This document shows, one piece after another, positions 19,690 to 32,948 of a stretch of DNA of 64,000 nt. The notes under the pieces were generated by a model, which saw only the letters and a list, made by a program, of their open reading frames with translations, had not been told where the DNA came from and did not search any database. Source of the DNA: Planctomycetota bacterium (lineage in GTDB: Bacteria; Planctomycetota; B15-G4; JADJEK01); the NCBI GenBank assembly GCA_044225365.1, contig JBGAIQ010000013.1, forward strand, positions 32,001 to 96,000. The letters run 5' to 3'. Numbering within the stretch: the first letter of the stretch is position 1; every line of letters begins with the position of its first letter. The position numbers and the translations under genes were made by a program.

Positions 19690-22668
19690 GTGAGGACCTT
19701 CTTGACTGACCCGTCGCCGGCTCGGCCCGGGCGGACGCTGCTGCTCGCGTTGCTCTTCGCAGCGCTCGGTTGCGTGCTGCTGCGCGGCACGTTCGTGAAT
19801 CTCGAGAATCTCGGTGCCAAGGACTGGAACGCCTTCATGGGCCAGTGCGAGGCGGAGATCACGAGCATTCTGCGGAACGGTCAGTTCCCTTTGTGGAATC
19901 CGTGGCGACGCGGTGGACAGGTCTCGTTCGCACAGCCCGAGTCGATGTTCCTGTCGCCGGTGACGCCTCTCGCGTTCTTGGTCGGAACGATCCTGGCGTT
20001 CAAACTCCTCATCGTTCCCGTCTTCGTCTTCGGCTGCTTCGGGCTGTGGAAACTCGCGGGCAGCTTCGGCCTCACCGGCGCCGCGCGACTTGCGCCTCCA
20101 CTGATGTTCTTCTCGTCGGCCGGCATCCCGTACTACGTGGCGGGAGGGCTTCCGAACTGGCTGTTCGGGATCGCCATCCTGCCGTGGCTGCTCTACCTGC
20201 GGCGGCGCGCGGCCGAACATCATGGCTACGTTGCTCTCGGCGGATTGGCTTACGCGTTCGTGCTGTATTGCGGCTCGGTCTATCACTTCGTGTTCTTCCC
20301 GGTCATCGTCGGACTCGACGCGCTCATCGATTCGATCCGTTCGCGGAGTTGGCGACCGCTTCTCCTGTCGATCGCGATGATCGTCGTGGGCGCGGCCTGC
20401 GCGTTGGTGCGCGTCCTGCCGATGTTCGACGTGTATCGCGTCTACCCCCGCGAACTGCCGGCCTCGCAGCGATATCTCACCTTCGACTTGATCGTGCGCG
20501 CGTTGCTCGATCCCAAGCACCCCGATCTCGTCAACCTCGCGGGAACCGTTCTGAGAGACGGTAGCAACTGGGTGTCGTGGGTGACGGTCGGCAGCTACGT
20601 CGGTCCGGTGTTCGTATGTCTCTCCATCCTTGGCTTCGTCGCGAGTCCGTGGCGGTCGCTTTGCGCCTCGATCGTCGCGATCTTTCTCGGCTGGATGTCG
20701 CTGGGATCGGGCACCGCGTACAGCATTTGGGACCTCCTCCACCATCTGCCCCTGTTGCGGTCGATGCAGGCTCCGGAGCGACTCCTCGTTCCCGGTCTCC
20801 TCGTGGCTTCGATCGGAGCGGGCTACGGCGTCGAACTGTTGTCGAAGGTCATGCTCCGCTCGGACGACTTCCGGGGCAAGCCGTTCCTGGTGAACCTGCT
20901 CATCCTGCTCGCTGCGACGCTGCCGCCCGTCCTATGCAACGATGACATCGCGGATGCTGCGTTCATCGAAGCGCCAAGCATCGACCTGCCGGCGCCGGGA
21001 GCGTTCCAGCAGGTCACGCAGAGCAAGCGCGTGACGCAATGGGGTGGAGAGCTGTACGAAGCGGTTCGCACCAACCGCGGCAATCCGTTCGCGCAGGCGG
21101 ACGTTCCGTCGCCGCACGCTGTCCGGGCGACGCACGAGCCGAGCTACGCCGGAGAGGTCTGGCTCGCGAAGGGCCGGGGCACGGTTCTCTACGACATCAC
21201 GCCGAATCGGATAGAAGTCCACGCCGATGTGACGGACGAAGACACGCTCCTCGTCAACCAGAACTACTTCCCGGGCTGGATGGTGAGAGGAACCCTCGAG
21301 CAGCCGATGACGGCGCGCCAGGGTCTGCTCGCGGTGCGCCTGCCCAAGGGAAAACACGACCTCGAACTCGTCTTCACGCAGCGAAGCGTCCTCGTCGGAT
21401 GCGTCCTCTCGCTCGTCGCGATGTTGCTGCTCGTCGTTTCGCTTGGAGTGCGACGTTCCCTAGGTGGTCCTTCAAACGTTCTCGGAGTTCCCGAGTGGAT
21501 CGCGATGGCCGGGTGCGGACTCTTGCTGTTCGCTGTGCCCATCACGGCGATCACCACGCCGGTACAAACGGTCGTGAAGCGTGGTGCGCTGATCGTCGAT
21601 GCCGAGATCCGCGAGAGCGGGCAATTCGCGGACATTCAGGCGGGGATCGACGCCGCCGTTCCCGGGGATGTCGTCCTGGTCCGTCCCGGCCACTATTCGG
21701 GATTCACGATCTCGTCCGGAATCACCGTGATGGCGGAGCAGATCGGCGAGACGTTCGTGAAGAGCGGCGACATCGAGGTGAAGGACATTGCGGCCGGATA
21801 TCCCGCGCAGATCATCGGGCTCACGATGGAGGACGCCGCCTCCTCGATCTTCGTGCGTGGGTGCACCGGGCATGTCATCCTCCAGGAGGTCAACCTCTCG
21901 GCGAGCGGATCGGCGGATGGCGTCGCGCTCCATCTCGAGCAGAGCGGTCCGGTGCATGTCTTCCGATCGAACGTCGGAGCGGTCCGAGTCCGTGGCGGTT
22001 TCCTGCTTGCCTCGGGCAGCCGCATCCAGGCGAGTCCGGCTGGGCGCGCTCTCGCAGCGCTCGATGTCATCAACAGCGTCGCTCTGCTCCACGACACCAC
22101 CGTGATCGGTAACGGGGCTCCCGCCGTGGTGGCGATCAAGGGCCGCATCGAGGCGCAGTCGAAGAGCGCCGATCCCTTCACCCGCAGCGGGGACGGACCG
22201 ATCCTGAGCCTCTCGAAGGAGAGCTGGTTCCGTTATTCGGGATTCCTGATGAACGAAGCGCGCGTCGAGCGCGGCACGGATTGCGTCTTCGAGCGATACT
22301 CCCCCGAGTTGCCGAGCGTCGCGTTCGCCACGGCTCCGACCGAGGGAACCGAACTCGAAGTCGAGCTGCGCGGCCCGCCGGGCGGTCGCGGTCGCTTGAT
22401 CATCAGTCCCGTCGCGTCCCTCGTCGAGATGCCGCACACCCGCCAGTGGGTGCAGGCGAATTGGGAGACCAGCGGCAACCTGCTCGTCCCGATCCGCCTT
22501 CCGGAGTCGGGGACTCTGAATCTGAAGACCGATGTGAAGGGCGTTCAGCTCAATGTCGGCTGGCCGATCTTCATGCAGTTCGTTCTCGAGGTCGATGCAT
22601 CGAAGGACGGCGGCACGGCGCGGGCGGTTCGGGCGTCGCTGCTCGATGGGGCGATCGTGCAGCCGTAG
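19690..22668 (+). CDS. Large membrane protein: YfhO/GT-C-like multi-TM domain fused to a beta-helix-like domain and a C-terminal beta domain; start uncertain
   Basis: GQFPLWNPW..GG...A.P, about 12 hydrophobic segments, NQNYFPGW and LPKGKHDLELVF (YfhO-like tail), then FADIQAGIDAAVPGDVVLVRPGHY (typical beta-helix start). In-frame GTG at 19690. Confidence 0.7.
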   Translation: MRTFLTDPSPARPGRTLLLALLFAALGCVLLRGTFVNLENLGAKDWNAFMGQCEAEITSILRNGQFPLWNPWRRGGQVSFAQPESMFLSPVTPLAFLVGTILAFKLLIVPVFVFGCFGLWKLAGSFGLTGAARLAPPLMFFSSAGIPYYVAGGLPNWLFGIAILPWLLYLRRRAAEHHGYVALGGLAYAFVLYCGSVYHFVFFPVIVGLDALIDSIRSRSWRPLLLSIAMIVVGAACALVRVLPMFDVYRVYPRELPASQRYLTFDLIVRALLDPKHPDLVNLAGTVLRDGSNWVSWVTVGSYVGPVFVCLSILGFVASPWRSLCASIVAIFLGWMSLGSGTAYSIWDLLHHLPLLRSMQAPERLLVPGLLVASIGAGYGVELLSKVMLRSDDFRGKPFLVNLLILLAATLPPVLCNDDIADAAFIEAPSIDLPAPGAFQQVTQSKRVTQWGGELYEAVRTNRGNPFAQADVPSPHAVRATHEPSYAGEVWLAKGRGTVLYDITPNRIEVHADVTDEDTLLVNQNYFPGWMVRGTLEQPMTARQGLLAVRLPKGKHDLELVFTQRSVLVGCVLSLVAMLLLVVSLGVRRSLGGPSNVLGVPEWIAMAGCGLLLFAVPITAITTPVQTVVKRGALIVDAEIRESGQFADIQAGIDAAVPGDVVLVRPGHYSGFTISSGITVMAEQIGETFVKSGDIEVKDIAAGYPAQIIGLTMEDAASSIFVRGCTGHVILQEVNLSASGSADGVALHLEQSGPVHVFRSNVGAVRVRGGFLLASGSRIQASPAGRALAALDVINSVALLHDTTVIGNGAPAVVAIKGRIEAQSKSADPFTRSGDGPILSLSKESWFRYSGFLMNEARVERGTDCVFERYSPELPSVAFATAPTEGTELEVELRGPPGGRGRLIISPVASLVEMPHTRQWVQANWETSGNLLVPIRLPESGTLNLKTDVKGVQLNVGWPIFMQFVLEVDASKDGGTARAVRASLLDGAIVQP

Positions 22669-22889
22669 GAGTCGACGGCTGTCGACCCGTCTCGGAACGG
22701 AGCCGCGCTGGAGCGCGGCGGTCCGGGGGATTCGTGGGGGTCGACGGCTGTCGACCCGTCTCGGAGCGGAGCCGCGCTGGAGCGCGGCGGTCCGGGGAAT
22801 TCGCGGGGCCGAACGGAGCGACCGAGCGAGCGTCGAGGACCTGAAACCCCGCCCTTGCCGAAGAGGGGCGCAGATCCGCCCGCCACTAC
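22665..22889. repeat. BIME-like mosaic: two 69-bp tandem units, each a GTAG-type palindrome plus a GAGCCGCGCTGGAGCGCGGCGGTCC palindrome
   Basis: GTCGACGGCTGTCGACCCGTCTCGGA at 22671 and 22740. GGAGCCGCGCTGGAGCGCGGCGGTCC at 22699 and 22768. A degenerate inverted GTAG unit ends at 22889. Confidence 0.85.
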
Positions 22890-22921
22890 GGAGTCGCACG
22901 GATTTTGCCGATAAGAACGGC

Positions 22922-23785
22922 ATGACTACCGCCGTCGATCCCGTCGCCTCGACCCTTCCGGAGCCGTTGCGCGCGTCGCTCGTCGAGAAGATCGCGAGTG
23001 GCAAGCTCGAACTGCCCGTTCTTCCCGAAGTTGCTTCGCGAGTCATCTCTCTCACGATGGACGAGAACTGCGAAATGATGCAGCTCTCGTCGCTGATCCA
23101 GCGTGATCCTTCGCTCACGAGCCACGTGTTGCGATTGTCCAACTCCGCGCTCTATGCGCCGCCGACTCCGATCGTCTCGCTCCAGCAGGCGCTCAATCGG
23201 CTCGGCATGAAGAAGATCCGCGAGATCGCGCTCTTGATCTCGTGCGAGAACCGCGTGTTTCGGGTCGACGGGTTCGATCTCACCGTCCGAGCGTTGTTCA
23301 AACATTCGATCGGCACCGCGACCTATGCGCAGGAGATCGCGCGGCTACGGCGGTGGAACGTCGAGGAGGCCTTCTTGTGTGGCCTGCTCGCCGACGTCGG
23401 CAGGCCGGTCGTGCTCCAGGCGCTCGTCGACATCAAGAAGGATCTCGACATCGAAGCGCCGCGCGAGTCGCTCGAGGCCGCTTCGGCCGAGTTCCACTGC
23501 GAAGTCGGCAGTCAGCTCGTCAAGTCGTGGAAGCTGCCCGCGCGCCTCTCGGAGACGCTGCTCTTCCATCATGATCCCGAGAACGCGCCGACGACGGGCC
23601 AGACCGCGATGTTGACCCGCCTCGCTTCGGACTTCGCGCACTGGCTCGTCGGGCCGAAGAAGTGGGGCGAGCAGGATCTTCGCGAGCATCGGCTCTGCGT
23701 GCCGCTCAACATCTATCCCGACGAAATGGACAAGCTCCTCGCGATGAGCGAGAAGGTGAAGAAGGCCGTGGAGTCCGTGGCATGA
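22922..23785 (+). CDS. HDOD domain protein
   Basis: LPVLPEVA, IQRDPSLTSHVLRLSNSALY, ALNRLG, HSIGTA, AFLCGLLADVG, W.LP......HH. Confidence 0.9.
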   Translation: MTTAVDPVASTLPEPLRASLVEKIASGKLELPVLPEVASRVISLTMDENCEMMQLSSLIQRDPSLTSHVLRLSNSALYAPPTPIVSLQQALNRLGMKKIREIALLISCENRVFRVDGFDLTVRALFKHSIGTATYAQEIARLRRWNVEEAFLCGLLADVGRPVVLQALVDIKKDLDIEAPRESLEAASAEFHCEVGSQLVKSWKLPARLSETLLFHHDPENAPTTGQTAMLTRLASDFAHWLVGPKKWGEQDLREHRLCVPLNIYPDEMDKLLAMSEKVKKAVESVA

Positions 23786-25218
23786 GCGGCGAAACCCCTT
23801 CCATCGAGTCGTTCGACGTCATCGTGATCGGCAGCGGTCCCGCCGGTCTTCACGCCGCGCTGCACGCTTCCAACTCCGGTCGCAGCGTGCTGATGGTGGA
23901 GCAGGAAGTCAGCGTCGGCGGCGCTTGCGTTCATCGCGGCACGATCCCGAGCAAGACCCTGCGCGAGACCGCCCTCTCGCTGTCGAGCTTCCAGCAGCGC
24001 AGCGGCAAGGTGTTCAAGGTCCAGGTCAGCGAAGAGCTGCAAGTCTCGAGCCTCATGACCCGCATGGAGCAGGTCGTGAAGGCGCACGAACACTACATGT
24101 CGGAGCAGCTGCGGAACTCGAAGGTGGTCTGCTGGCACGGCCGGGCGACGTTCGTCGATTCGATCACGATCGACGTCCTCGGCGTCGATCGCAAGCTCCG
24201 CCGCGCGCGGGGCCGCTTCCTGTGCATCGCAACGGGCAGCAAGCCGCGATCGCCGGAGAACGTCGAGATCGATCATCAGAACATCCTCGATTCCGATTCG
24301 ATCCTCTCGATGATCTACCTGCCGCGTTCGCTCACGGTGCTCGGTGGCGGGGTGATCGCGTCCGAATATGCGTCGATCTTCGCGGCGCTCGGCGTCGAGG
24401 TCACGCTCATCGACAGCCGCGATCGCCCGCTCGCGTTCCTCGACAACGAACTCACCGATCGCTTCCTCGCTTCGTTCCAGAAGTCCGGCGGCAAGTTCAT
24501 CGCGAAGCGCAAGGTGAAGCGGTCGTACTGGGATCACGTCACGAGCTGCGTGACGGTACTCGACGATGGAACCGAGATTCGCTCCGAGAAGCTCCTGTGC
24601 TGCCTCGGACGCGTCGCGAACCTCGACGGGCTCCTGCCCGAGAAGGCGGGCGTGGTCGTCACCGAGCAAGGACTCATTCGCGTCGACGACAAGATGCGCA
24701 CGAGTCAGCCGAACATCTACGGCATCGGCGACGTCATCGGACCGCCGTCGCTCGCGTCCACGTCGATGGAGCAGGGGCGACGCGCGATCTGCCATGCGTT
24801 CGATCTCCCCGAAGGCATGAAGAGCGAACTCATCCCGATGGGCATCTACACGATCCCGGAGATCTCGTCGGTCGGTCTCGGCGAATCCGAGGCCAAGGCG
24901 AAGTGGGGCTCATGCATCGTCGGAAGAGCGCGCTTCGATCAGGTCGCGCGCGGCCAGATCGCGGCGATCACCGATGGCCTGCTCAAACTCATCACGTGTC
25001 CCGCGGGCAAGAAGGTGCTCGGCGTGCAGGTCGTCGGCGAAGGCGCTTCGGATCTCGTCCACATCGGGCAGATGGCGCTCGTCGGCAACTTCGACGTCGA
25101 CGTCTTCGTGCAGAACACGTTCAACTTCCCGACGCTCGCCGAGGCGTATCGCATCGCCGCCGTCGACGTCATCGAGCAGCGCGTCGCGATGGAGCGGGCC
25201 GCGACTCCGAAGAGCGAA

Positions 25219-25236
<18 letters not shown>
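23782..25236 (+). CDS. sthA: Soluble pyridine nucleotide transhydrogenase
   Basis: GSGPAG, GGACVHRGTIPSKTLRE (CxxxxT rather than CxxxxC), GIYTIPEIS, FNFPTLAEAY. Confidence 0.9.
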
Positions 25237-27573
<2,337 letters not shown>

Positions 27574-27687
27574 GCGTTCCCAGAAGATGCCGATGCCGAC
27601 GAACCCGGATACGCCGCTGGCGTCTCGGGGAGTCGCAAGAAATCACGCGGATAGCATAAGGCAAACCCGGCCCGAGTCGCAGCGCGA

Positions 27688-28524
27688 TCAACGATTGCCC
27701 GCGGCCTCACGGATCTTCAGCAAGGTGACGAGCAGACCTTCGAGATCCTGGATCTTCAACATGTTGGGTCCGTCGGAGAGCGCGGAGTCCGGATCGTCGT
27801 GGACTTCCATGAAGAAGCCGTCGCAACCCGCGGCCATCGCAGCCTTGGCAAGGTAGGGAATCATCGTGCGATCCCCGCCCGTCTTGTTGCCGAGCCCACC
27901 GGGCTCCTGCACCGAGTGAGTCGCGTCGAAGATCACGGGCACACCCAGCGATTGCATGCGGGGAATCGACCGCATGTCGTTCACGAGTTGGTTGTAGCCG
28001 AAGAAGGTTCCCCGCTCGGTCAGCACGAGATCTTTCGCGCCGCCCTCCCGGCACTTCTTCACCACGTTGCCCATCTCGTGCGGGGCGAGGAATTGGGCTT
28101 TCTTCACGTTCAGAGCACGGCCGGTCTTCGCGGCCGCCAGCAGCAGATCGGTCTGACGGCACAAGAAAGCCGGGATCTGCAGCACGTCGACCACTTCGGC
28201 GACGGGCGCGCATTGCCAGGATTCGTGGACGTCGGTGACGAGAGGCAGGCCGGTCGCCTGCTTCACCCCCGCGAGGACCTTCAGTCCCGCTTCCATCCCG
28301 AGGCCGCGGAACGAATCGATCGCCGAGCGATTGGCTTTGTCGAACGAGGCCTTGAACACGATGCGCACACCCGTGTTCGTCGCGATCTTCCCGAGCCAGC
28401 GCGCGAGGCGATGCACGAGATCCTCGGACTCGATGACGCAGGGACCCGCGAGCAGAACGAGCGGCTCGTTCGGACCCGTGGGAAACCCTCCGAGAACCGC
28501 GCGGCGATGGGTTGGATCGACCAT
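27688..28524 (-). CDS. kdsA: 3-deoxy-D-manno-octulosonate 8-phosphate synthase
   Basis: [61 protein letters not shown]. Confidence 0.96.
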   Translation of the reverse strand: MVDPTHRRAVLGGFPTGPNEPLVLLAGPCVIESEDLVHRLARWLGKIATNTGVRIVFKASFDKANRSAIDSFRGLGMEAGLKVLAGVKQATGLPLVTDVHESWQCAPVAEVVDVLQIPAFLCRQTDLLLAAAKTGRALNVKKAQFLAPHEMGNVVKKCREGGAKDLVLTERGTFFGYNQLVNDMRSIPRMQSLGVPVIFDATHSVQEPGGLGNKTGGDRTMIPYLAKAAMAAGCDGFFMEVHDDPDSALSDGPNMLKIQDLEGLLVTLLKIREAAGNR

Positions 28525-28735
28525 GGCGCGAGCATAGCAATCGCGGCGCGATCTACGCCGATCCCCCGACACCGGACGCAGTTCTGGACGAAATCATCCG
28601 ATTGTTCCGCAAGCCCAGTGAATAGGATTGGAGGGGCGGAGTCGTCGTCTCGTGAGCGTGCGGCGATTCGTTCGCACTCCAGTTCCACTCTCGTGTGCTG
28701 CCCACGGTGTGGAGCCGAGGGAGACGAGGTCGTGA

Positions 28736-29728
28736 ATGAGCGAAAAGCCCAATCGAAGGCAGTGGCTGCGCGCAGCGGCCGGTGCCCTTTGTCTTCCGGG
28801 GATCGCGGCGTGCAAGCGTTCGTCCGCCGCGGTGTCGAAGGTCCGGCCGTTGCGGGTCGGCCTCGACCTATGGCCCGGTTTCGATCCGATCTTGCTCGCG
28901 AAAGCGCGCGGAAAACTCGCGGAGCGAGCCCTGAACGTGGAGTTCGCGCCGATTCCGCCATGGGGAGTACTCAACACGGAGTTCGTCGCGAGGAATCTCG
29001 AGGTCATCGGAGTGGCCCTCGGGGACGTGATCAACATCGCGCAGCGGGACGCCGACGTCCAGATCATCCTGGTCACGGACCAGTCGAACGGGGGCGACAT
29101 CATCGTCGGCCAGGTGCCGTTCCAAGGCCCTGAGAGCGTTCGCGGCAAGAAGATTGCCGTCAACGTCGGCTACTTCGGCGAGGTCTTCATCAAGGAGTTC
29201 CTCGATCGCCATCAGGTGAAGCTCTCCGAAGTTCGGCTCGTGAACTGCGAAGCGAATCGCATCACCGATGGACTCACGACGAAGCTCTTCGCGGCGGGGC
29301 ACACCTGGGAACCTTTTGCCACGCAAGCCATGCATGCGGGCTTCCACTCGTGGTTCACGAGCAAAGAGGTGTTTGGTCTGATTCCCTCCTGCATCGCAGT
29401 GCACGCCCGCGTGCTGGCAGAACGCCGCCGCGAGGTCCAAGGTCTCGTCGACGCCTGGTTCGAGTCGATCGAGTGGATGAAGGACCACGAGGACGAAGCG
29501 CGAAATCTCCTCGCGAAGGTCAAGGGAGTCCTGCCCGCGGCGGTCCGCTACGACGGGCTGGCATTGCAGGATCGCGCTGCGAATCGAAAGCTCTTCGCGC
29601 CGGGAGGCGGAGCCGATACCGTTGCGGGCGTGATCGAGATCTACAGCCGATACTTCGTCGAACGGGGGACGATCGACAGCGCGTCGCTTCGTCTCGTCGA
29701 CCCGTCGATCGTGATGGCGGCCACATGA
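28736..29728 (+). CDS. Periplasmic solute-binding protein, NMT1/SsuA/THI5-like (Tat lipoprotein)
   Basis: NRRQWL twin-arginine motif, lipobox IAAC, WPGF, D.SNGGD, GKKIAV, TWEPF. Confidence 0.85.
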   Translation: MSEKPNRRQWLRAAAGALCLPGIAACKRSSAAVSKVRPLRVGLDLWPGFDPILLAKARGKLAERALNVEFAPIPPWGVLNTEFVARNLEVIGVALGDVINIAQRDADVQIILVTDQSNGGDIIVGQVPFQGPESVRGKKIAVNVGYFGEVFIKEFLDRHQVKLSEVRLVNCEANRITDGLTTKLFAAGHTWEPFATQAMHAGFHSWFTSKEVFGLIPSCIAVHARVLAERRREVQGLVDAWFESIEWMKDHEDEARNLLAKVKGVLPAAVRYDGLALQDRAANRKLFAPGGGADTVAGVIEIYSRYFVERGTIDSASLRLVDPSIVMAAT

Positions 29729-32244
29729 GGATTCGTGGTCGTACCCTCTTCATCGCCATCGCGCTGATTCCCGTCGCGTTCTCGGTCGCCGCCGCGTTTC
29801 TCGGGCTCTTGCCGATGATCGTGGCCGAGACCGCTGTCGAGGTCTCTCTCGTCCTCTTCGCGATCCTCTTGTTGCTCATCCTGCGGCATGGAATCGTGCC
29901 ACGAGTCATCGGTCTCGCGATCGCCTTTGCCGTGCTCCCGATCGCGTTGCTGGGATCGCTCAACGATCGGCTCGCGCGAGCCTCGCTCGAAGCGCACGGG
30001 CAACAGATCCTGCAGAGTGCCGCGGACAGCACGGCCCATCACATCGAGGACTTCATCGGTTCAGCGTTGGATTCGGTGAGGACGGACGCGAAGACGCCCG
30101 ACTACGGAGCCATCCTCGACGAGGACCCTGCGACTCGCAGCACGAGCCGGTTTTTCGCCGACGTCGCGGATTCGCTCCACGCGCAGCATTCGCGCGATCT
30201 CGTGTTCATCAAGTCGTGCGCCCTCATCGATCTCTCGGGCAACGTCGTTTACGACACGCTGACCTCCGAAGCCGGATTGTCCGAAGCGAAATCCGCATAC
30301 TTCGAGCCTGCGTTGAAGGCGGCGTCCGCGCTGCTCCAGGAGGAAGCCGCGGGTAACGACCAGCGATTCGGAATCGTCCTCACGGCGCCCGTCCGCAATC
30401 GCGCGGGAGAGGCGAGAGGATTGCTCCGCGTTCGCTACGACGCCGCGGTCGTCCAATGGTTGCTTCGCACGGACGTCGACCTTCTCGGGCCCGGCTCGTA
30501 TTCGTTCGTCATCGACGGATCCGGGCGAATCCTGGCCCACGCGACCGAACCCACCTGGGTCGGCCTGTCGCTCGCCGAATGTCCCGAGATGCTGGGATCG
30601 GCGAACGAATCGAGCGCCGAGAATCGAGCCCCGCGGTGGTCGAACAAGTCGACCGTTCGAACGGCGACGTACTCCATGCGCCGCCCTGCTTGGCGAGTCG
30701 TCTTCGCACAGCCGCCGGAAGTCTTCCTCGCGCCGATCGATGAACAATCCCGCGACCGCCTCGTCATCGTGCTCATCGTGAGCATGGGCGTACCGCTGAT
30801 CGCCTTCGTACTCGCGCGCCGGGCGCTCAATCCATTGCGACGAATGCGCGATGCGGCGCAACGGATCTCACGCGGAGATCTCGCGACTCGCGTCGTGATC
30901 GAGAGCGACGACGAAGTCGGCGAGACGAGCGAGGCGTTCAACGAGATGGCCGCGAAGCTCGAGGCCACGCTGCAGGGTTTGCGTGCCGAGATCCGGGAAC
31001 GCGAGCGGATCGCATTGCAGCTCGCGAGCAGCGAGGAGCAGTTGCGCCAGGCCCAGAAGATGGAGAGCATCGGAATGCTCGCGGGGGGCATCGCCCACGA
31101 CTTCAACAATCTCCTCGTTCCGATCTTCGGCCACGCAGAGCTCGCTCTCGACGCGCTTCCGGCCAATTCGAAGGTGCGCGGCGATCTCGCGAACATCCTG
31201 CTCGCCGCGGAGAGCGCGAAGCACCTCGTTCAGCAGTTGCTCGCGTTCGGCCGCAAGCAGATGTTGAGGATGCAATCGATCGACCTACGCGAGATCGGAA
31301 AGGCGACCGAACAGCTCATTCGGCGAACGTTGCGCGAGGACATCGCGCTCGAAGTGAAGGTCGCGAAGGAGCCGGTCGCGATCCTCGGCGACATCACGCA
31401 GATCCGGCAAGTGTTGATGAACCTCGTCATCAACGCCGAGTCGGCGATGTCGCATGGCGGTAGACTCACGATAGCGGTCCGAGTCGCGACCGCGGACGAA
31501 TGTCGATTCGGTCGCGGCGACGAGGTGCTCCCCGGAGATCATGCCTTGCTCGAGGTGAGCGATACCGGCGGCGGTATGGACTCCGTCACGCAATCGCACG
31601 TGTTCGAGCCCTTCTTCACGACGAAGAGCGGCGGGCGCGGGACGGGACTGGGACTCGCCACGGTGCATGGCATCGTTCGACAACATCAAGGGTTCATTCG
31701 ATTCGAGAGCGCAGTCGATCGAGGATCGACCTTTCGCGTGTTCCTCCCGCTCCACTCCGATCGCGCGAAGGTCGATATCGCGGCGGACAGCGGCAGTTCG
31801 CTTCCCGAGGCCGATTCGTCGACGCACCGCGGAAAGACGATTCTCCTCGTCGAGGACGACGAGCGCGTGCGCGATCTCGTTGCTCGCGTGCTCGAAGGTC
31901 GGGGGTACAAGGTACTCGCGTGCGCGCGTGCGGACGAAGCGATCACCCTCGTCGAACCGCTTTCGAAGGCGATCGATCTCCTGCTCACCGATGTCATCAT
32001 GCCTCAGATGAATGGCAAGGAGCTGCATGAGCGGCTCTGCGTCCGACTTCCCGACCTCGCCGTGCTCTTCATGTCGGGTTACACGGGCGACGTCATCGCG
32101 CGCCACGGCGTCGCCGACGCCAGCACGCCGCTCCTCATGAAGCCGTTCACCAACGACGAACTCCTACGCCGCGTCGCGGAGTGCATCGCGAAGTCGAACA
32201 CGACCGACGGCACCCCCGAACTGATGCGAGGAGGCAAGCCGTGA
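29725..32244 (+). CDS. Hybrid sensor histidine kinase (Cache-like, HAMP, HisKA, HATPase, REC)
   Basis: [49 protein letters not shown]. Receiver: LLVEDD..DVIMP.MNG..MSGY..KPF. ATGA overlap with the SBP gene. Confidence 0.93.
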   Translation: MRIRGRTLFIAIALIPVAFSVAAAFLGLLPMIVAETAVEVSLVLFAILLLLILRHGIVPRVIGLAIAFAVLPIALLGSLNDRLARASLEAHGQQILQSAADSTAHHIEDFIGSALDSVRTDAKTPDYGAILDEDPATRSTSRFFADVADSLHAQHSRDLVFIKSCALIDLSGNVVYDTLTSEAGLSEAKSAYFEPALKAASALLQEEAAGNDQRFGIVLTAPVRNRAGEARGLLRVRYDAAVVQWLLRTDVDLLGPGSYSFVIDGSGRILAHATEPTWVGLSLAECPEMLGSANESSAENRAPRWSNKSTVRTATYSMRRPAWRVVFAQPPEVFLAPIDEQSRDRLVIVLIVSMGVPLIAFVLARRALNPLRRMRDAAQRISRGDLATRVVIESDDEVGETSEAFNEMAAKLEATLQGLRAEIRERERIALQLASSEEQLRQAQKMESIGMLAGGIAHDFNNLLVPIFGHAELALDALPANSKVRGDLANILLAAESAKHLVQQLLAFGRKQMLRMQSIDLREIGKATEQLIRRTLREDIALEVKVAKEPVAILGDITQIRQVLMNLVINAESAMSHGGRLTIAVRVATADECRFGRGDEVLPGDHALLEVSDTGGGMDSVTQSHVFEPFFTTKSGGRGTGLGLATVHGIVRQHQGFIRFESAVDRGSTFRVFLPLHSDRAKVDIAADSGSSLPEADSSTHRGKTILLVEDDERVRDLVARVLEGRGYKVLACARADEAITLVEPLSKAIDLLLTDVIMPQMNGKELHERLCVRLPDLAVLFMSGYTGDVIARHGVADASTPLLMKPFTNDELLRRVAECIAKSNTTDGTPELMRGGKP

Positions 32245-32753
32245 CGTACGAAAAGAACGAGTTCGTCAAGCTCACCGCGTTCGCTACCGAGGTCGATGCG
32301 TCCGTCGCGAAGTCCGATCTCGACGAGGCCGGAATCCCCGCCGTCCTGGTGACGGCGGGGCCCGCTGATGCGTACGGCGCTCCCGTCGCCGGCAGCGTCG
32401 AACTCGCCGTGGCGCGCAGCGACGTGGCCCGCGCCCGCGAGATCCTCGCCGCGCGGATTCCCGAGTCTCCCGCTCCGTCCGATATCCGTCGCGCGACTCG
32501 TCGCGAGCGCGACGTCGAGTTCGCCTGGCGCGCAGCCCTCGCCAGCGTGTTCCTGTTCTGGCCCACCTTCATCGCCCACTTCCTCCTCGACCGAGCCGAA
32601 CGCTCGACCGAGTTCATGGACGATCATCACGCCGCCCTCGCTCGACGCGCCCGTTCGCTCGCGACGAAGACGGCCTGGGTGCTCGCGATCCTGCTCACCG
32701 CGGCGATCGTGTCCGCGTTCGCCTTGTACAGGTACCGCGCGCACGGCCGGTGA
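32241..32753 (+). CDS. Small membrane protein with DUF2007-like N-terminal domain
   Basis: GTGA overlap. A..AKSDLDEAGIPA ... VELAV...D..RAREIL, then two hydrophobic segments. Confidence 0.6.
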   Translation: MTYEKNEFVKLTAFATEVDASVAKSDLDEAGIPAVLVTAGPADAYGAPVAGSVELAVARSDVARAREILAARIPESPAPSDIRRATRRERDVEFAWRAALASVFLFWPTFIAHFLLDRAERSTEFMDDHHAALARRARSLATKTAWVLAILLTAAIVSAFALYRYRAHGR

Positions 32754-32793
32754 ACGCGCCTTCGTAGCTCTCCGCCGCGGGCGCCCCTCCCAA

Positions 32794-32819
32794 GGACCGC
32801 CGCGCTCTAGCGCGGCTCC
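32794..32819. repeat. Extragenic palindrome (GGACC family REP-like)
   Basis: GGACCGCCGCGCTCTAGCGCGGCTCC is the reverse complement of the 22699/22768 unit with one mismatch. Confidence 0.8.
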
Positions 32820-32948
32820 GTTCTTCTCTTCGCCAGGCCCGGCCGAATCGTGAACGGTCATTGAGCCCGCTGGATCTTCCTCCCGCTCGCGCGCGACCAG
32901 ATCGTTCGGCGTCGGATCGACCCGCTCGTCGAGTTCGAGTCGCGCCGA

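Noticed and set aside
22665-22810. 69-bp periodic repeat as a possible CRISPR array
   Set aside because: Only two full units, the whole unit repeats so there are no unique spacers, and no cas genes are present. Units recur singly elsewhere like REPs.
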